A DNA stretch of 50,699 nt from Candidatus Parcubacteria bacterium (GTDB lineage: Bacteria > Patescibacteriota > Minisyncoccia > UBA6257 > JAPLYJ01), in NCBI GenBank assembly GCA_026395655.1, contig JAPLYJ010000046.1, forward strand, positions 1-50,699, given 5' to 3'. Made by a program: the position numbers and the translations under genes. The notes under the pieces were generated by a model. That model made no database searches and was not told where the DNA came from. It saw nothing but the letters and a program-made list of their open reading frames with translations. How positions within the stretch are numbered: the first letter of the stretch is position 1; every line of letters begins with the position of its first letter. Shown here piece after piece: positions 1 through 9,001 of this stretch.

Positions 1-1005
1 CAATTGGACATTAGCGTCTGAAATGGTTTTTTTCAAACATTCTATAGATCTTTCTACTAAGTCTCTAGTCAATTCTTCCATTTTAGAACGAGTCAACTTC
101 ATGGCTAAATGTTTAGGTCCATCAGAGTTTGATGTGATAAATGGTAAATTGATTTCTGTCTCTAAAACAGTAGAAAGTTCACATTTACCTTTTTCTGCAG
201 CTTCTTTAATTCTTTGTAAAGCTAAAGTATCTTTAGAAAGATCAATTCCGCTTTCTTTTTTGAATTCTGAAATAACCCAATCAATAATTCTTTGGTCAAA
301 ATCATCACCACCTAAATGTGTGTCTCCGCCTGTGGCTAAAACCGTAATGTTTTCACCTGATCCGCCAGATCCGTCAGAAACACCTATCACTTCAATCATG
401 GAAACATCTAAAGTACCTCCACCAAAATCATAGACTACTAATTTAGCGTTATTTTTTTTATTAAAACCATAGGCTACAGCTGCAGCGGTAGGTTCATTCA
501 AAATTCTTTTTACTTTAAAACCGGCAATTTCACCTGCGTTTTTAGTAGCTTGTCTTTGAGAATCATCAAAGTATGCTGGTACAGTAATGATAGCTTCTTC
601 AATTTTTTCTCCGATTCTTTCTTCCGCATCTGATTTTAATTTCTGCAAAACCATGGCTGAAATTTCTTCTGGTTTATAATATTTATCTCCCATCTTAATT
701 TCTACACCACCTGAAGACGATTCTTTCAATTGATAGGGTAAAAGATTTTTGTCTTTAATAACCGTAGCGTCTTGAAAGCGTCTGCCAATTAATCTTTTTG
801 CTGAAAAAATAGTATTTTCCGGATTAGTAATAGCTTGTCTTTTAGCTAAAACTCCTACCAAACGTTCATTGTTTTTTGACATGGCTACAACTGAAGGAGT
901 GGTGCGAGCACCTTCTTTGCTCTCTAAAACTTTAGGTTGGCCACCTTCAAACACTGCTATCTCTGAATAAGTTGTACCTAAGTCTATACCTAATATCTTG
1001 CTCAT
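1..1005 (-). CDS. dnaK: Molecular chaperone DnaK (Hsp70), N-terminal 335 codons; the 3' end runs off the left edge of the window
   Basis: Hand translation from ATG at 1003-1005 gives [26 protein letters not shown]. Further on it gives [13 protein letters not shown], an Hsp70 signature. It is absent from the ORF track because no stop lies inside the window. It follows grpE. Confidence 0.95.
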   Translation of the reverse strand, partial: MSKILGIDLGTTYSEIAVFEGGQPKVLESKEGARTTPSVVAMSKNNERLVGVLAKRQAITNPENTIFSAKRLIGRRFQDATVIKDKNLLPYQLKESSSGGVEIKMGDKYYKPEEISAMVLQKLKSDAEERIGEKIEEAIITVPAYFDDSQRQATKNAGEIAGFKVKRILNEPTAAAVAYGFNKKNNAKLVVYDFGGGTLDVSMIEVIGVSDGSGGSGENITVLATGGDTHLGGDDFDQRIIDWVISEFKKESGIDLSKDTLALQRIKEAAEKGKCELSTVLETEINLPFITSNSDGPKHLAMKLTRSKMEELTRDLVERSIECLKKTISDANVQL

Positions 1006-1021
1006 ATTTTTAATTATTTAA

Positions 1022-1516
1022 TTATTTTTTTATTTCTCCTGCTGACACTTTGACCTTAGCTGGTCTAAGCACTTTACCATTATAGCTATATCCTTTTTGC
1101 AATGTTTCTACTATTTTTCCAGGTTCTAAATCGCTAACTATTTCTTCTATGGCTTCGTGTTCTTTAGGATCAAACATTGTCCCATCAGATTTTATTTCTT
1201 CCAAGCCTTTCTTTTTTAATATTGATTCTAATTGCGATTTGATTAAATAAATACCTTTATCTGTTTTACCTTCTTGCAATTGATCAGAGGACAGAGCTAA
1301 ATCAAAACTATCTAAAACAGCAATCAATTCTTCCATCCATATCTCATCATTAATTCTGACTACGTTTTTCAATCTAGAAATTTCTTCATTTTTGTAATTA
1401 AGAAAATCTGCTCTTTCTCTTTGCCAACCAGATTTGTATTCTTCTGACAATTTTTCTAAATCTATTACTTCTTCCGGGCTTTCCTCTATATTTTCTTTTT
1501 TTATTTCTTCTTCCAT
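1022..1516 (-). CDS. grpE: Nucleotide exchange factor GrpE
   Basis: 164 aa. Acidic N-terminus, then a conserved GrpE core (RERADFLNYKNE ... FDPKEHEAI ... KGYSYNGKVLRPAKVKV). Sits between hrcA and dnaK. Confidence 0.9.
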   Translation of the reverse strand: MEEEIKKENIEESPEEVIDLEKLSEEYKSGWQRERADFLNYKNEEISRLKNVVRINDEIWMEELIAVLDSFDLALSSDQLQEGKTDKGIYLIKSQLESILKKKGLEEIKSDGTMFDPKEHEAIEEIVSDLEPGKIVETLQKGYSYNGKVLRPAKVKVSAGEIKK

Positions 1517-1525
1517 ATTTTTTAA

Positions 1526-2224
1526 TTATTTAATTAAATTTCTAGCTGTATGTAATAAAGTAATGTTATCCTCGCAAAGCATTCTTTTGGGTCCGGCTAA
1601 GCCTATCAAACCGTCATCTTGATCAAAGGGAGCTATCATAACAGAAATATCAGCTGTTTCAAAAAAAGGATTGTCTTGCCCTATAAAAACAAAAACCTTT
1701 TGATCATTTGATTGTATTTTTAAGTTTTTTATCTTTTCGTCTATCTCTTCTATGCCTTTAGCTATTTTCTCCCATTCTCCTTCTGGCTCTAATAAATATT
1801 TTAATCCTGATTTGGATAAATCATCAGTTTGATCCCAATAGCAGAAACTAAATGTCTTTGATCTTTCAGACAACCAATCTGTAATTTTTTTTAAAGAAAA
1901 CCTTCTGCGAGCAATTGTTAAATTCTCTATCTCTGCGAAAAACCTGTTTTCAATTTCATCAAAAATATTTTCATTTAAAAGAATTTTTTCTAGAAAAACA
2001 TGCCAAGCTTTATCCGTAGGTAAACGACCTGAAGATGTATGGGGTTGTTCCAAAAAGCCTTGTTGTGTTAAATCAAAAAAATAATGTCTAATCATGGAAG
2101 AACTTAAAGGTACACTCTTTTTTTCTAAAATCTTAGAGCCTACTGGTTCCCCTGTTTTTAAATATTGTCTGATAACAGCTTCTAGGACTTCGAATTCCCT
2201 ATTAGCCAAATTAATATCTTTCAT
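1526..2224 (-). CDS. hrcA: Heat-inducible transcription repressor HrcA (short form, 232 aa)
   Basis: N-terminal winged-helix signature (TGEPVGSKIL ... LSSSMIRHYFFDLTQQGFLEQPHTSSGRLPT). A CIRCE operator lies immediately upstream. Confidence 0.85.
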   Translation of the reverse strand: MKDINLANREFEVLEAVIRQYLKTGEPVGSKILEKKSVPLSSSMIRHYFFDLTQQGFLEQPHTSSGRLPTDKAWHVFLEKILLNENIFDEIENRFFAEIENLTIARRRFSLKKITDWLSERSKTFSFCYWDQTDDLSKSGLKYLLEPEGEWEKIAKGIEEIDEKIKNLKIQSNDQKVFVFIGQDNPFFETADISVMIAPFDQDDGLIGLAGPKRMLCEDNITLLHTARNLIK

Positions 2225-2249
2225 ATATTTTCTTGTTCCATTTTACTCA

Positions 2250-2276
2250 TTAGCACTCTAATGTCAAGAGTGCTAA
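2250..2276 (-). promoter_or_regulatory. CIRCE operator (HrcA binding site)
   Basis: TTAGCACTC-TAATGTCAA-GAGTGCTAA is a perfect match to the consensus TTAGCACTC-N9-GAGTGCTAA. It lies about 26 nt upstream of the hrcA start. Confidence 0.92.
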
Positions 2277-2402
2277 TGGGAAAAAACGTTTTTTACCCAT
2301 TTTCCCCTCTTATCCCCAACTAAACCACAGCTTTAACCCCTTTTAGCTGTTGCCAATTATTCTATCTATGGTAAGATGTAAGGAAGTAAATTAAAAAACA
2401 AT

Positions 2403-3311
2403 ATGCAAATTTTCAAAAACAAGATTACTTGGATGGACATGGTTTCTCCTTCTGAAGAAGAATTAAAAGAAATCAAAGAGAAATATCAAATTCATCCTCT
2501 CATCTTAGAAGAGTTAAAAGTACCTTCCGCTCGTGCTAAAGCAGAAATCTATGATCATTACATTTTTTTAGTATTACATTTTCCTAATTGGAATCCTGTT
2601 ACAGAAACATCAGAACCATTCGAATTAGATGTGGTTTTAGGTAAAGACTTTATCATCACCGCTTCTTTCCAACAACAAGTAGAGATGAGACAAGAACTTT
2701 TCGAAAAAGTAGCTTACGTTGATTTTGAAAAAAAATATTTAGATGAATCTCCTATCGAACTTTTTTCTTTCATTGTTAATAATTTTTTAGATTTTACCAT
2801 GCGCCAAGTCTGTCATATTGATCAAAAGATAGGGAAAATTAGTAGTCAACTTTTTTCTGGATCTGAAATGAAACTTATTAAAGAAATTGCTCACATTAAA
2901 AGAGATGTTCTGGATTTCAGACGTATCTATCGCTGGCTTAAAGAAATTTTAGATTCACTTTGCCGCATAGGTCCTAGAATGTTTGGAGAAAAAAGCAAAG
3001 TATATTTTGATGACTTAGCCGGAGAAAGCTTAAAAGTAGAACATACCATTGAAAGCTTTGCTGATACCATCGAATCATTGGAAGCTACTAACAATTCTTT
3101 AATTGAAAATCATATTAATGTTTTGACCAGAACCTATACCATTATTTCCTTCATTACCTGGCCTACCTTGTTAGTTATCGGTACTTTTCAAATGAATGCC
3201 GTTAACATTCCTATAACAGGATTGCCCTACGATTATTTTATCATGATAGCGTTAGCCTTCATCCCTTCTATAATCTTATATCTTACTCTTAAAAGCAAAA
3301 AACTATTTTAA
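2403..3311 (+). CDS. CorA-family divalent cation transporter-like protein
   Basis: 302 aa. Soluble N-domain plus two C-terminal TM helices. The loop motif reads FQMNAVNIP where canonical CorA has YGMNF..MP. Confidence 0.7.
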   Translation: MQIFKNKITWMDMVSPSEEELKEIKEKYQIHPLILEELKVPSARAKAEIYDHYIFLVLHFPNWNPVTETSEPFELDVVLGKDFIITASFQQQVEMRQELFEKVAYVDFEKKYLDESPIELFSFIVNNFLDFTMRQVCHIDQKIGKISSQLFSGSEMKLIKEIAHIKRDVLDFRRIYRWLKEILDSLCRIGPRMFGEKSKVYFDDLAGESLKVEHTIESFADTIESLEATNNSLIENHINVLTRTYTIISFITWPTLLVIGTFQMNAVNIPITGLPYDYFIMIALAFIPSIILYLTLKSKKLF

Positions 3312-4757
3312 ATGTTAATATATAATTCTCTCAGCCATAAAAAAGAAGAATTTATACCTGTTGATAATACGGTTAAACTTTATAGTTGTGGTCCTACTGT
3401 TTACAGCTACGCTCATATTGGTAATTTGAGAACTTACGTTTTAACAGATTGGCTTAAACGTGTTTTGATATACAATGGTTACAATTTAAAACATGCCATG
3501 AATATTACTGATGTTGGGCATCTAACTTCGGACGCTGACTCAGGCGAAGACAAAATGGAAAAAGCAGCTAAGGAACAAGGTAAAACAGCTTGGGAAATAG
3601 CAGAACATTACGCCCAGGTTTTTTTCTCTGATTTAAAAAAACTCAACACTTTGCCAGCTGATATTATTGCTAAAGCTACAGATCATATTCAAGAAGATAT
3701 TGCGTTAATTAACGAATTAGAAAAACAAGGATTCACATATCGTACTTCTGATGGTATATATTTTGATACATCAAAATTTAAAGAATATGGAGTATTAACA
3801 GGTTTGTCTTGGGAACAATTGAATAATTCTTTAAAGGGTGGTGCTCGTATAGAACTATCTGAAGAAAAAAAGAATATCACTGATTTTTCCTTATGGAAGT
3901 TTTCCCCTGCTAACGAAAAAAGACAAATGGAATGGCCATCTCCTTGGGGCGTTGGTTTTCCCGGATGGCATATAGAATGTTCTGCCATTAATCTTAAATA
4001 CTTAGCTGATGCTTTTGAAAATGATATATTCTACCCTGAAAAAGCTAAAACCATTGATTTCCATACAGGTGGCATCGATTTATTACCCATACATCATACC
4101 AACGAGATTGCTCAGGTAGAACCTATTACACACAAACCTTTTATCAAATATTGGGTTCATGGTGAATTTTTGATTATCAAAGGCGGACGTATGGCTAAAT
4201 CAGAAGGAGGTGGTCTAACACTTTCTACTCTTATTGAAAAAGGATATGATCCTTTAATTTACAGGTATTTTCTCTTAAACGCTCATTACCGCACTAAGAT
4301 GGAATTTGACTACGAAGGATTAGACGCAGCTAACAATTCTTTAAGTTCTTTAAGAGAACTTGTGTGGAATTTAAAAAACAAAAATGATGTTTCTACTGAT
4401 TTAGATCTTTCAAACTATCAAAAAGATTTTAAAGAAGCTGTCAATGATGATTTAAATTTACCTAAAGCTCTTTCTATTGTTTGGACAGCCATCAAAGAAT
4501 ACAAAAAACAACCAGAACAATATAGTAGCAAAAAAACATTAACAATGATTTTAGATTTTGATAAAGTTTTAGGTTTAGATTTAGATAATTGGCAACCTGC
4601 AGAAATTCCTGAAGAAATTAAAGATTTAGCAGAAAAAAGAAATCAATTAAGATTAGAAAAAAAATATGCTGAAGCTGATGAAATTAGAATACAAATTGAA
4701 AAAATGGGTTATAGCTTAAAAGACAATGGAAGTACAATAGATATACAAAAAATATAG
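3312..4757 (+). CDS. cysS: Cysteine--tRNA ligase
   Basis: 481 aa. Class I aaRS HIGN motif (AHIGNLRTY), a KMSKS-like RMAKS, and a WPSPWG..GWHIECS zinc/cysteine pocket. Confidence 0.95.
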   Translation: MLIYNSLSHKKEEFIPVDNTVKLYSCGPTVYSYAHIGNLRTYVLTDWLKRVLIYNGYNLKHAMNITDVGHLTSDADSGEDKMEKAAKEQGKTAWEIAEHYAQVFFSDLKKLNTLPADIIAKATDHIQEDIALINELEKQGFTYRTSDGIYFDTSKFKEYGVLTGLSWEQLNNSLKGGARIELSEEKKNITDFSLWKFSPANEKRQMEWPSPWGVGFPGWHIECSAINLKYLADAFENDIFYPEKAKTIDFHTGGIDLLPIHHTNEIAQVEPITHKPFIKYWVHGEFLIIKGGRMAKSEGGGLTLSTLIEKGYDPLIYRYFLLNAHYRTKMEFDYEGLDAANNSLSSLRELVWNLKNKNDVSTDLDLSNYQKDFKEAVNDDLNLPKALSIVWTAIKEYKKQPEQYSSKKTLTMILDFDKVLGLDLDNWQPAEIPEEIKDLAEKRNQLRLEKKYAEADEIRIQIEKMGYSLKDNGSTIDIQKI

Positions 4758-6179
4758 ATGGCTTACCCTGAAAAAAAACAAAAACCCAATATATCATTAC
4801 CTCCTGACCGTGTGCCTCCTCAGAATATTGAAGCTGAAGAGTCTGTTTTAGGCGCACTCATGATAGACAAAAATGCTATTACCAAAGTAGCTGATTTGCT
4901 TTTAGCTGATGATTTTTACCGTGGTAGCCATCAAAAAATATATGAGATTGCTTTAGAATTATTTTCAAAAAATGAACCCATTGATATTTTAACTGTTTCC
5001 AATAGATTAAAAGAAAAAGGATCTTTGGAAACCTGCGGTGGATCTAGCTATCTTACTTCTTTAGTTAACAAAGTACCTACTTCCAGTAATATTTTACATT
5101 ACGCAAAGATTATTCATCAGAAAAAAGTTTTAAGAGATTTAATTGGCGCCTCATATGAAATTGCAGAATTAAGTTGGCAAGAATCTGAAGACATTGATAC
5201 CTTGTTGGATCAAGCAGAAAAAACAATTTTTAGTATTTCCCAGAGATCCATACGCCAAGAATTTACACATTTAAAAGACGATCTTACTAAAGCTTTTGAA
5301 AGAATTGATCAATTAAACAAAGGTGGAGACTTATTAAGAGGTGTACCTACTGGTTTTAGAGGCTTAGATAACTATCTAGCAGGTCTTCAAAAATCAGATG
5401 TTATTGTGTTAGCTGCCAGGCCATCTTTGGGTAAAAGTTCTTTAGCTTTAGATATTGCTAGACAAGCTGCTGTAAAAGAAAATATCGGCGTAGGTATTTT
5501 TACTTTAGAAATGTCTAGGGAACAAGTCACGGATCGTTTGATTGCAGCTCAATCAGGCGTTGATTTATGGAAAATCAGAACAGGTAAAGGCTTAGATGAC
5601 CAAGGTGAAATAAATGATTTTACATTATTACGCAGTGCCATGTCTATTCTATCAGAAGCCCCTATCTATATAGATGACGCTTCTTCTCCTTCTGTTATCC
5701 AAATGAGAGCCATGGCTAGGAGACTTCAAACTCAAGCTAACTTAGGCCTTATCATCGTAGATTACCTTCAATTAGTTAATTCTAGCATGCGAACAGACAA
5801 CATGGTTCAACAGGTAACAGAAATCTCAAGATCTTTAAAGGCCATGGCTAGAGAATTAAATGTTCCTGTATTAGTTTGTTCTCAGCTATCTAGGGCTGTG
5901 ATGCAACGTTCTCCTCAGATCCCCCGTCTTTCTGATTTACGTGAGTCAGGTTCTATCGAACAAGACGCTGATGTGGTACTATTTATTTACCGTAAAGACA
6001 GAGAAAAAGAATTTGGCGAAGCAAATGCAGAAGACAAAAATATCGCTGATATTATCATTGCCAAACACAGAAACGGTCCTGTAGGTCAAACTAAATTACG
6101 CTTTAACGAACAAATTACTAGTTTTAGAGATCTAGAACCTAACGAAGGATACAGCGAAGATACTACTTATAGCGAATAA
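4758..6179 (+). CDS. dnaB: Replicative DNA helicase DnaB
   Basis: 473 aa. N-terminus reads PPQNIEAEESVLGALMID. Walker A is ARPSLGKSS. Also LSDLRESGSIEQDADVV. The start abuts the cysS stop. Confidence 0.95.
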   Translation: MAYPEKKQKPNISLPPDRVPPQNIEAEESVLGALMIDKNAITKVADLLLADDFYRGSHQKIYEIALELFSKNEPIDILTVSNRLKEKGSLETCGGSSYLTSLVNKVPTSSNILHYAKIIHQKKVLRDLIGASYEIAELSWQESEDIDTLLDQAEKTIFSISQRSIRQEFTHLKDDLTKAFERIDQLNKGGDLLRGVPTGFRGLDNYLAGLQKSDVIVLAARPSLGKSSLALDIARQAAVKENIGVGIFTLEMSREQVTDRLIAAQSGVDLWKIRTGKGLDDQGEINDFTLLRSAMSILSEAPIYIDDASSPSVIQMRAMARRLQTQANLGLIIVDYLQLVNSSMRTDNMVQQVTEISRSLKAMARELNVPVLVCSQLSRAVMQRSPQIPRLSDLRESGSIEQDADVVLFIYRKDREKEFGEANAEDKNIADIIIAKHRNGPVGQTKLRFNEQITSFRDLEPNEGYSEDTTYSE

Positions 6180-6182
6180 CAA

Positions 6183-6204
6183 AAAACTCCTGAAAAGGAG
6201 TTTT
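6183..6204. terminator. Weak bidirectional hairpin between convergent dnaB and rplU
   Basis: AAAACTCC-TGAAAA-GGAGTTTT inverted repeat flanked by A/T runs. The stem is AT-rich. Confidence 0.45.
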
Positions 6205-6514
6205 AAATATCTTTTACTTCAATCTGCATAAACTGTTGACGATGACCTTGTTTCTTGCGAAGCCTAGTTTTGTTGTGATAGTGATAAACAATGATTTTAG
6301 CACTTCTACCTGATTTTAATATTTGAGCTTTAATAGAAACGTCTGCTAAATAAGGTTGACCTATTTTAACCTCTTTCCCATCATCTAAAAGTAAAACCTT
6401 ATCAAATACAACTTCTTCTCCTTCTTGAGCTGTTTTAATCTTTTCTATTTTTAAAATTTTACCAGGATTGATAACATATTGTTTTCCCCCAGTTTCAATG
6501 ATTGCTGTTTTCAT
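6203..6514 (-). CDS. rplU: 50S ribosomal protein L21
   Basis: 103 aa. MKTAIIETGGKQYVINPG ... HRQQFMQIEV is typical of L21. No rpmA follows it. Confidence 0.9.
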   Translation of the reverse strand: MKTAIIETGGKQYVINPGKILKIEKIKTAQEGEEVVFDKVLLLDDGKEVKIGQPYLADVSIKAQILKSGRSAKIIVYHYHNKTRLRKKQGHRQQFMQIEVKDI

Positions 6515-6555
6515 GTAAGAATGATATTAACAAAAAAGGGTTATTTTGTCAAAAA

Positions 6556-6894
6556 TTATCTATTAATTAAAAAATATCTAAAAACAATCATGAAAATCAT
6601 TAAACTGATTAAGACATTAACCCATAAGAAATTCTGGCATAAAAAAGAATCTTTTTTCCTAAGATATATAGACAACAAAATATTTAATAATATGAAAAAT
6701 GAACCTATAGCAGGTAAATAGAAAATTTGAAAACTACTTCCTAAGAAATCTACCCCAGAAGGACTATAATGCAAAATTACAGATAAATGATCATAGTTAT
6801 TGCTATAAACTAGATATGATAAAAAAAAGCTAGCTAGAAGCAACAAGCCGATAATTAAGTATGTAATGATAATTGTTTTTTTGTTAAAAATCAT
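6556..6894 (-). CDS. Hypothetical small integral membrane protein (about 3 TM)
   Basis: 112-aa ORF. Hydrophobic segments, same strand as and upstream of rplU. No recognisable family. Confidence 0.45.
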   Translation of the reverse strand: MIFNKKTIIITYLIIGLLLLASFFLSYLVYSNNYDHLSVILHYSPSGVDFLGSSFQIFYLPAIGSFFILLNILLSIYLRKKDSFLCQNFLWVNVLISLMIFMIVFRYFLINR

Positions 6895-6925
6895 ATTATT
6901 TAAACTCTATCATTTTTTTAATAAT

Positions 6926-6954
6926 AAAAAAAGGGCGGGGATGTTTTCCCGCCC
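6926..6954 (-). terminator. Rho-independent terminator downstream of the 97-aa ORF
   Basis: On the minus strand: GGGCGGG-AAAACATC-CCCGCCC followed by TTTTTTT. Confidence 0.85.
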
Positions 6955-6968
6955 GTTTAATTTTTAAT

Positions 6969-7262
6969 TTACTCTACTTGGCTAATGGTCCACTTTGTGC
7001 CGAAGTGATCCAAATTCAGCCAAATCACTGAACCACTGACCTTGAGTGGACCAATCCACTCTAAATCAGTAATTGCATCTTCACAATAACGCGACGCTAT
7101 ACGACGCCAGACCAAGGCCTTTGTTGTATCCTGGTCTACATCACAGCGTGGTGATCCCGATTCTCCCAAAGAAATGTAATTATCTCTATCGGGATACTTT
7201 ATAAAAGTTTCCACCATTCTACTATAGCTGAGCCAATCATTGATAGCAGAAATAATGTTCAT
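6969..7262 (-). CDS. Hypothetical 97-aa soluble protein (no recognised family); higher G+C than neighbours
   Basis: ORF preceded by GAAAGGAG about 8 nt upstream of the ATG and followed by a strong terminator. Composition is atypical for the window. Confidence 0.6.
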   Translation of the reverse strand: MNIISAINDWLSYSRMVETFIKYPDRDNYISLGESGSPRCDVDQDTTKALVWRRIASRYCEDAITDLEWIGPLKVSGSVIWLNLDHFGTKWTISQVE

Positions 7263-7290
7263 CTTCTTTCTCCTTTCACTCTCTTGGATC

Positions 7291-7314
7291 GTTTGCTCTT
7301 AATAGAGCAAACGT
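7291..7314. repeat. Perfect 10-bp inverted repeat with 4-nt loop between the two island genes
   Basis: CGTTTGCTCT-TAAT-AGAGCAAACG. Confidence 0.8.
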
Positions 7315-7361
7315 CCATATTAAAATCAATAGAATCAATCCAACAATTAAAAGTGCGACAA

Positions 7362-7541
7362 TCATTGTTGGTCATTCCGGTTGATCATGTAATATGCTGC
7401 TATGATCAATATAATCCCAAACAACCCAATTGCTATCCGACCATCTATTACCCATTCGGTCGAATACATGGTTAGCAAGAACATCCCCGCTCCTATCAAA
7501 AATACTAAGAGCCATGAAAAGATGAAAAATTTTCCTTTCAT
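7362..7541 (-). CDS. Hypothetical 59-aa two-TM membrane protein
   Basis: The internal ATG at 7539-7541 is preceded by AAAGGAGGAAAAAAA. Product starts MKGKFFIFSWLLVFLIGAGMFLL and contains GLFGIILIIAAYYMI. The longer track ORF (to 7562) would translate the RBS itself. Confidence 0.55.
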   Translation of the reverse strand: MKGKFFIFSWLLVFLIGAGMFLLTMYSTEWVIDGRIAIGLFGIILIIAAYYMINRNDQQ

Positions 7542-7578
7542 TTTTTTTCCTCCTTTTTTCAATGTTCCAATTATTTAT

Positions 7579-7607
7579 ATCATACAACTTTTTAATAATT
7601 ATAGCAA
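7579..7607 (-). promoter_or_regulatory. Candidate sigma70 promoter for the two-gene island
   Basis: Minus strand TTGCTA-17 nt-TATGAT. An overlapping extended -10 (TGCTATAAT) is also present. Confidence 0.4.
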
Positions 7608-7651
7608 GATATGAAAAAACACCATTTTTAATGATGTTTTAACATATTATG

Positions 7652-7726
7652 TAGCGCATGCGGGATTCGAACCCGCGTTTCATCCGTGAGAGGGATACGT
7701 CCTAGGCCAGGCTAGACGAATGCGCC
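7652..7726 (-). tRNA. tRNA-Glu (anticodon CUC)
   Basis: Hand-folded cloverleaf: acceptor GGCGCAT/ATGCGCT (G1-U72), D-arm TCGTCTAGCCTGG, anticodon stem TATCC/GGATG with loop CTCTCAC, T-arm GCGGG-TTCGAAT-CCCGC. CCA is not encoded. Confidence 0.88.
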
Positions 7727-7773
7727 TAAATCAAGTATCAAATTAACAAATTTGAAGATGATTGTAAATGAAA

Positions 7774-8994
7774 TCAAGCCTTAATCTCTTCTACTATCTG
7801 TTCCATATGCATTCCCCTAGAACCTTTTATCAAAATCACATCACCTTCTTGGATATAGTTTTGAATCATTAAGCAAGCTTCTTGAGAGGTATTAAACCAA
7901 CAAATCTTGTCTTTTTCCATGTGATTTTTTTCAGCTTCATCATAGGCAAACTTCATCTTAGGTCCTATAGCAAAAAAAGCATCTGCGTATTGAAAAACAT
8001 TTTGGCCTATCAATAGATGCGCTTCTTCGCTGTATTCTCCTAATTCTAACATATCACCCAAAACAACAATCTTGCGTTTGGCTTGTATTTCTTTTAAAGT
8101 TTCCAAAGCTAAATTCATAGAATCTGGGGATGCGTTATATGTATCATCTAAAATCCAACTGTTTTTGATCCCTGAAATGATATTTAAACGTCCAGGAGGT
8201 GGTTTAAAATTAGACATGGCTTCTGCAATTTCAACTAAATTTAAATTTAAAGCTGCGCCTACAGCAGCGGCTGCTGACAAGGCATATGCATTAGCTTTGC
8301 TAATAACACCATTTAATATTACAGGCACAAAGCTACCCTTATATCCCAAACGAAAAGAAATACCAGATTGTTTTAAATCTTTAGCTTGTCTAAATTTGTA
8401 ATCTGAAATTTTTAAAGATGAATTATCAAATCCAAAAGTAATCACTCCTGCCTTTGTTTTATCTTTTAAATCAAAAACAGATTCATTGTCCCCGTTTAAT
8501 ATGGCAAAACCATCTTCGGGTAAATTTTTAATTAACAATGATTTTTCTTTAACTAATTCTTCCCTATTCTTAAATTGAGCAATGTGAACGGGCATTAAGC
8601 CTATTCCTGTTAATATCCCTATCTTAGGTTTAATTAATTGCGAAAGATATTTTATATCATTCGGTTTATCAGCTGCCATTTCTAAAACTAAAACTTCGGG
8701 ATATTCTTTGTCTTTAAAAATTAAATTTAAAAAAGCTTTAAAAAAATTCCCCAACCAGATAAAAACATTACGTCTAGCATCTTTACCCCCTATCACGGTC
8801 AAAGGTACTCCTATTTCCGTGTTCAAATTAAGATAGTTAGCACGAACACGATAATATTTTTTTAAAATTAGAGCTACAGCTTCTTTAGTAGAAGTCTTAC
8901 CAAAACTACCTGTAATGCCTATCACTAAGGGATGGTATTTTTTTAAAGTTTTGATGGCTAAAAAAGATAAAACAATTTGTATGATTTTTCTCAT
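7774..8994 (-). CDS. murF: UDP-N-acetylmuramoyl-tripeptide--D-alanyl-D-alanine ligase (MurF-like Mur ligase)
   Basis: 406 aa. P-loop GITGSFGKTSTKE, DDTYNASPDSM motif, dcw-cluster context. Confidence 0.8.
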   Translation of the reverse strand: MRKIIQIVLSFLAIKTLKKYHPLVIGITGSFGKTSTKEAVALILKKYYRVRANYLNLNTEIGVPLTVIGGKDARRNVFIWLGNFFKAFLNLIFKDKEYPEVLVLEMAADKPNDIKYLSQLIKPKIGILTGIGLMPVHIAQFKNREELVKEKSLLIKNLPEDGFAILNGDNESVFDLKDKTKAGVITFGFDNSSLKISDYKFRQAKDLKQSGISFRLGYKGSFVPVILNGVISKANAYALSAAAAVGAALNLNLVEIAEAMSNFKPPPGRLNIISGIKNSWILDDTYNASPDSMNLALETLKEIQAKRKIVVLGDMLELGEYSEEAHLLIGQNVFQYADAFFAIGPKMKFAYDEAEKNHMEKDKICWFNTSQEACLMIQNYIQEGDVILIKGSRGMHMEQIVEEIKA

Positions 8995-9001
8995 ATATCA
9001 A

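Noticed and set aside
23-433. 136-aa plus-strand ORF
   Set aside because: It is antisense to the clearly recognisable dnaK coding sequence and has a low-complexity translation.
2337-2348. The 12-mer CCCCTTTTAGCT is shared between the hrcA/corA spacer and the tyrS 3' end (12716-12727). Both copies lie near TTATCCCC.
   Set aside because: A single 12-nt coincidence is expected by chance many times in 50 kb, and there is no extended similarity around it.
7284-7614. Three further overlapping ORFs (7284-7475 +, 7372-7587 -, 7402-7614 +) in the micro-island
   Set aside because: They are mutually exclusive with the 59-aa membrane ORF, which alone has a strong RBS and a sensible hydrophobic profile. 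The others span the promoter and RBS region.
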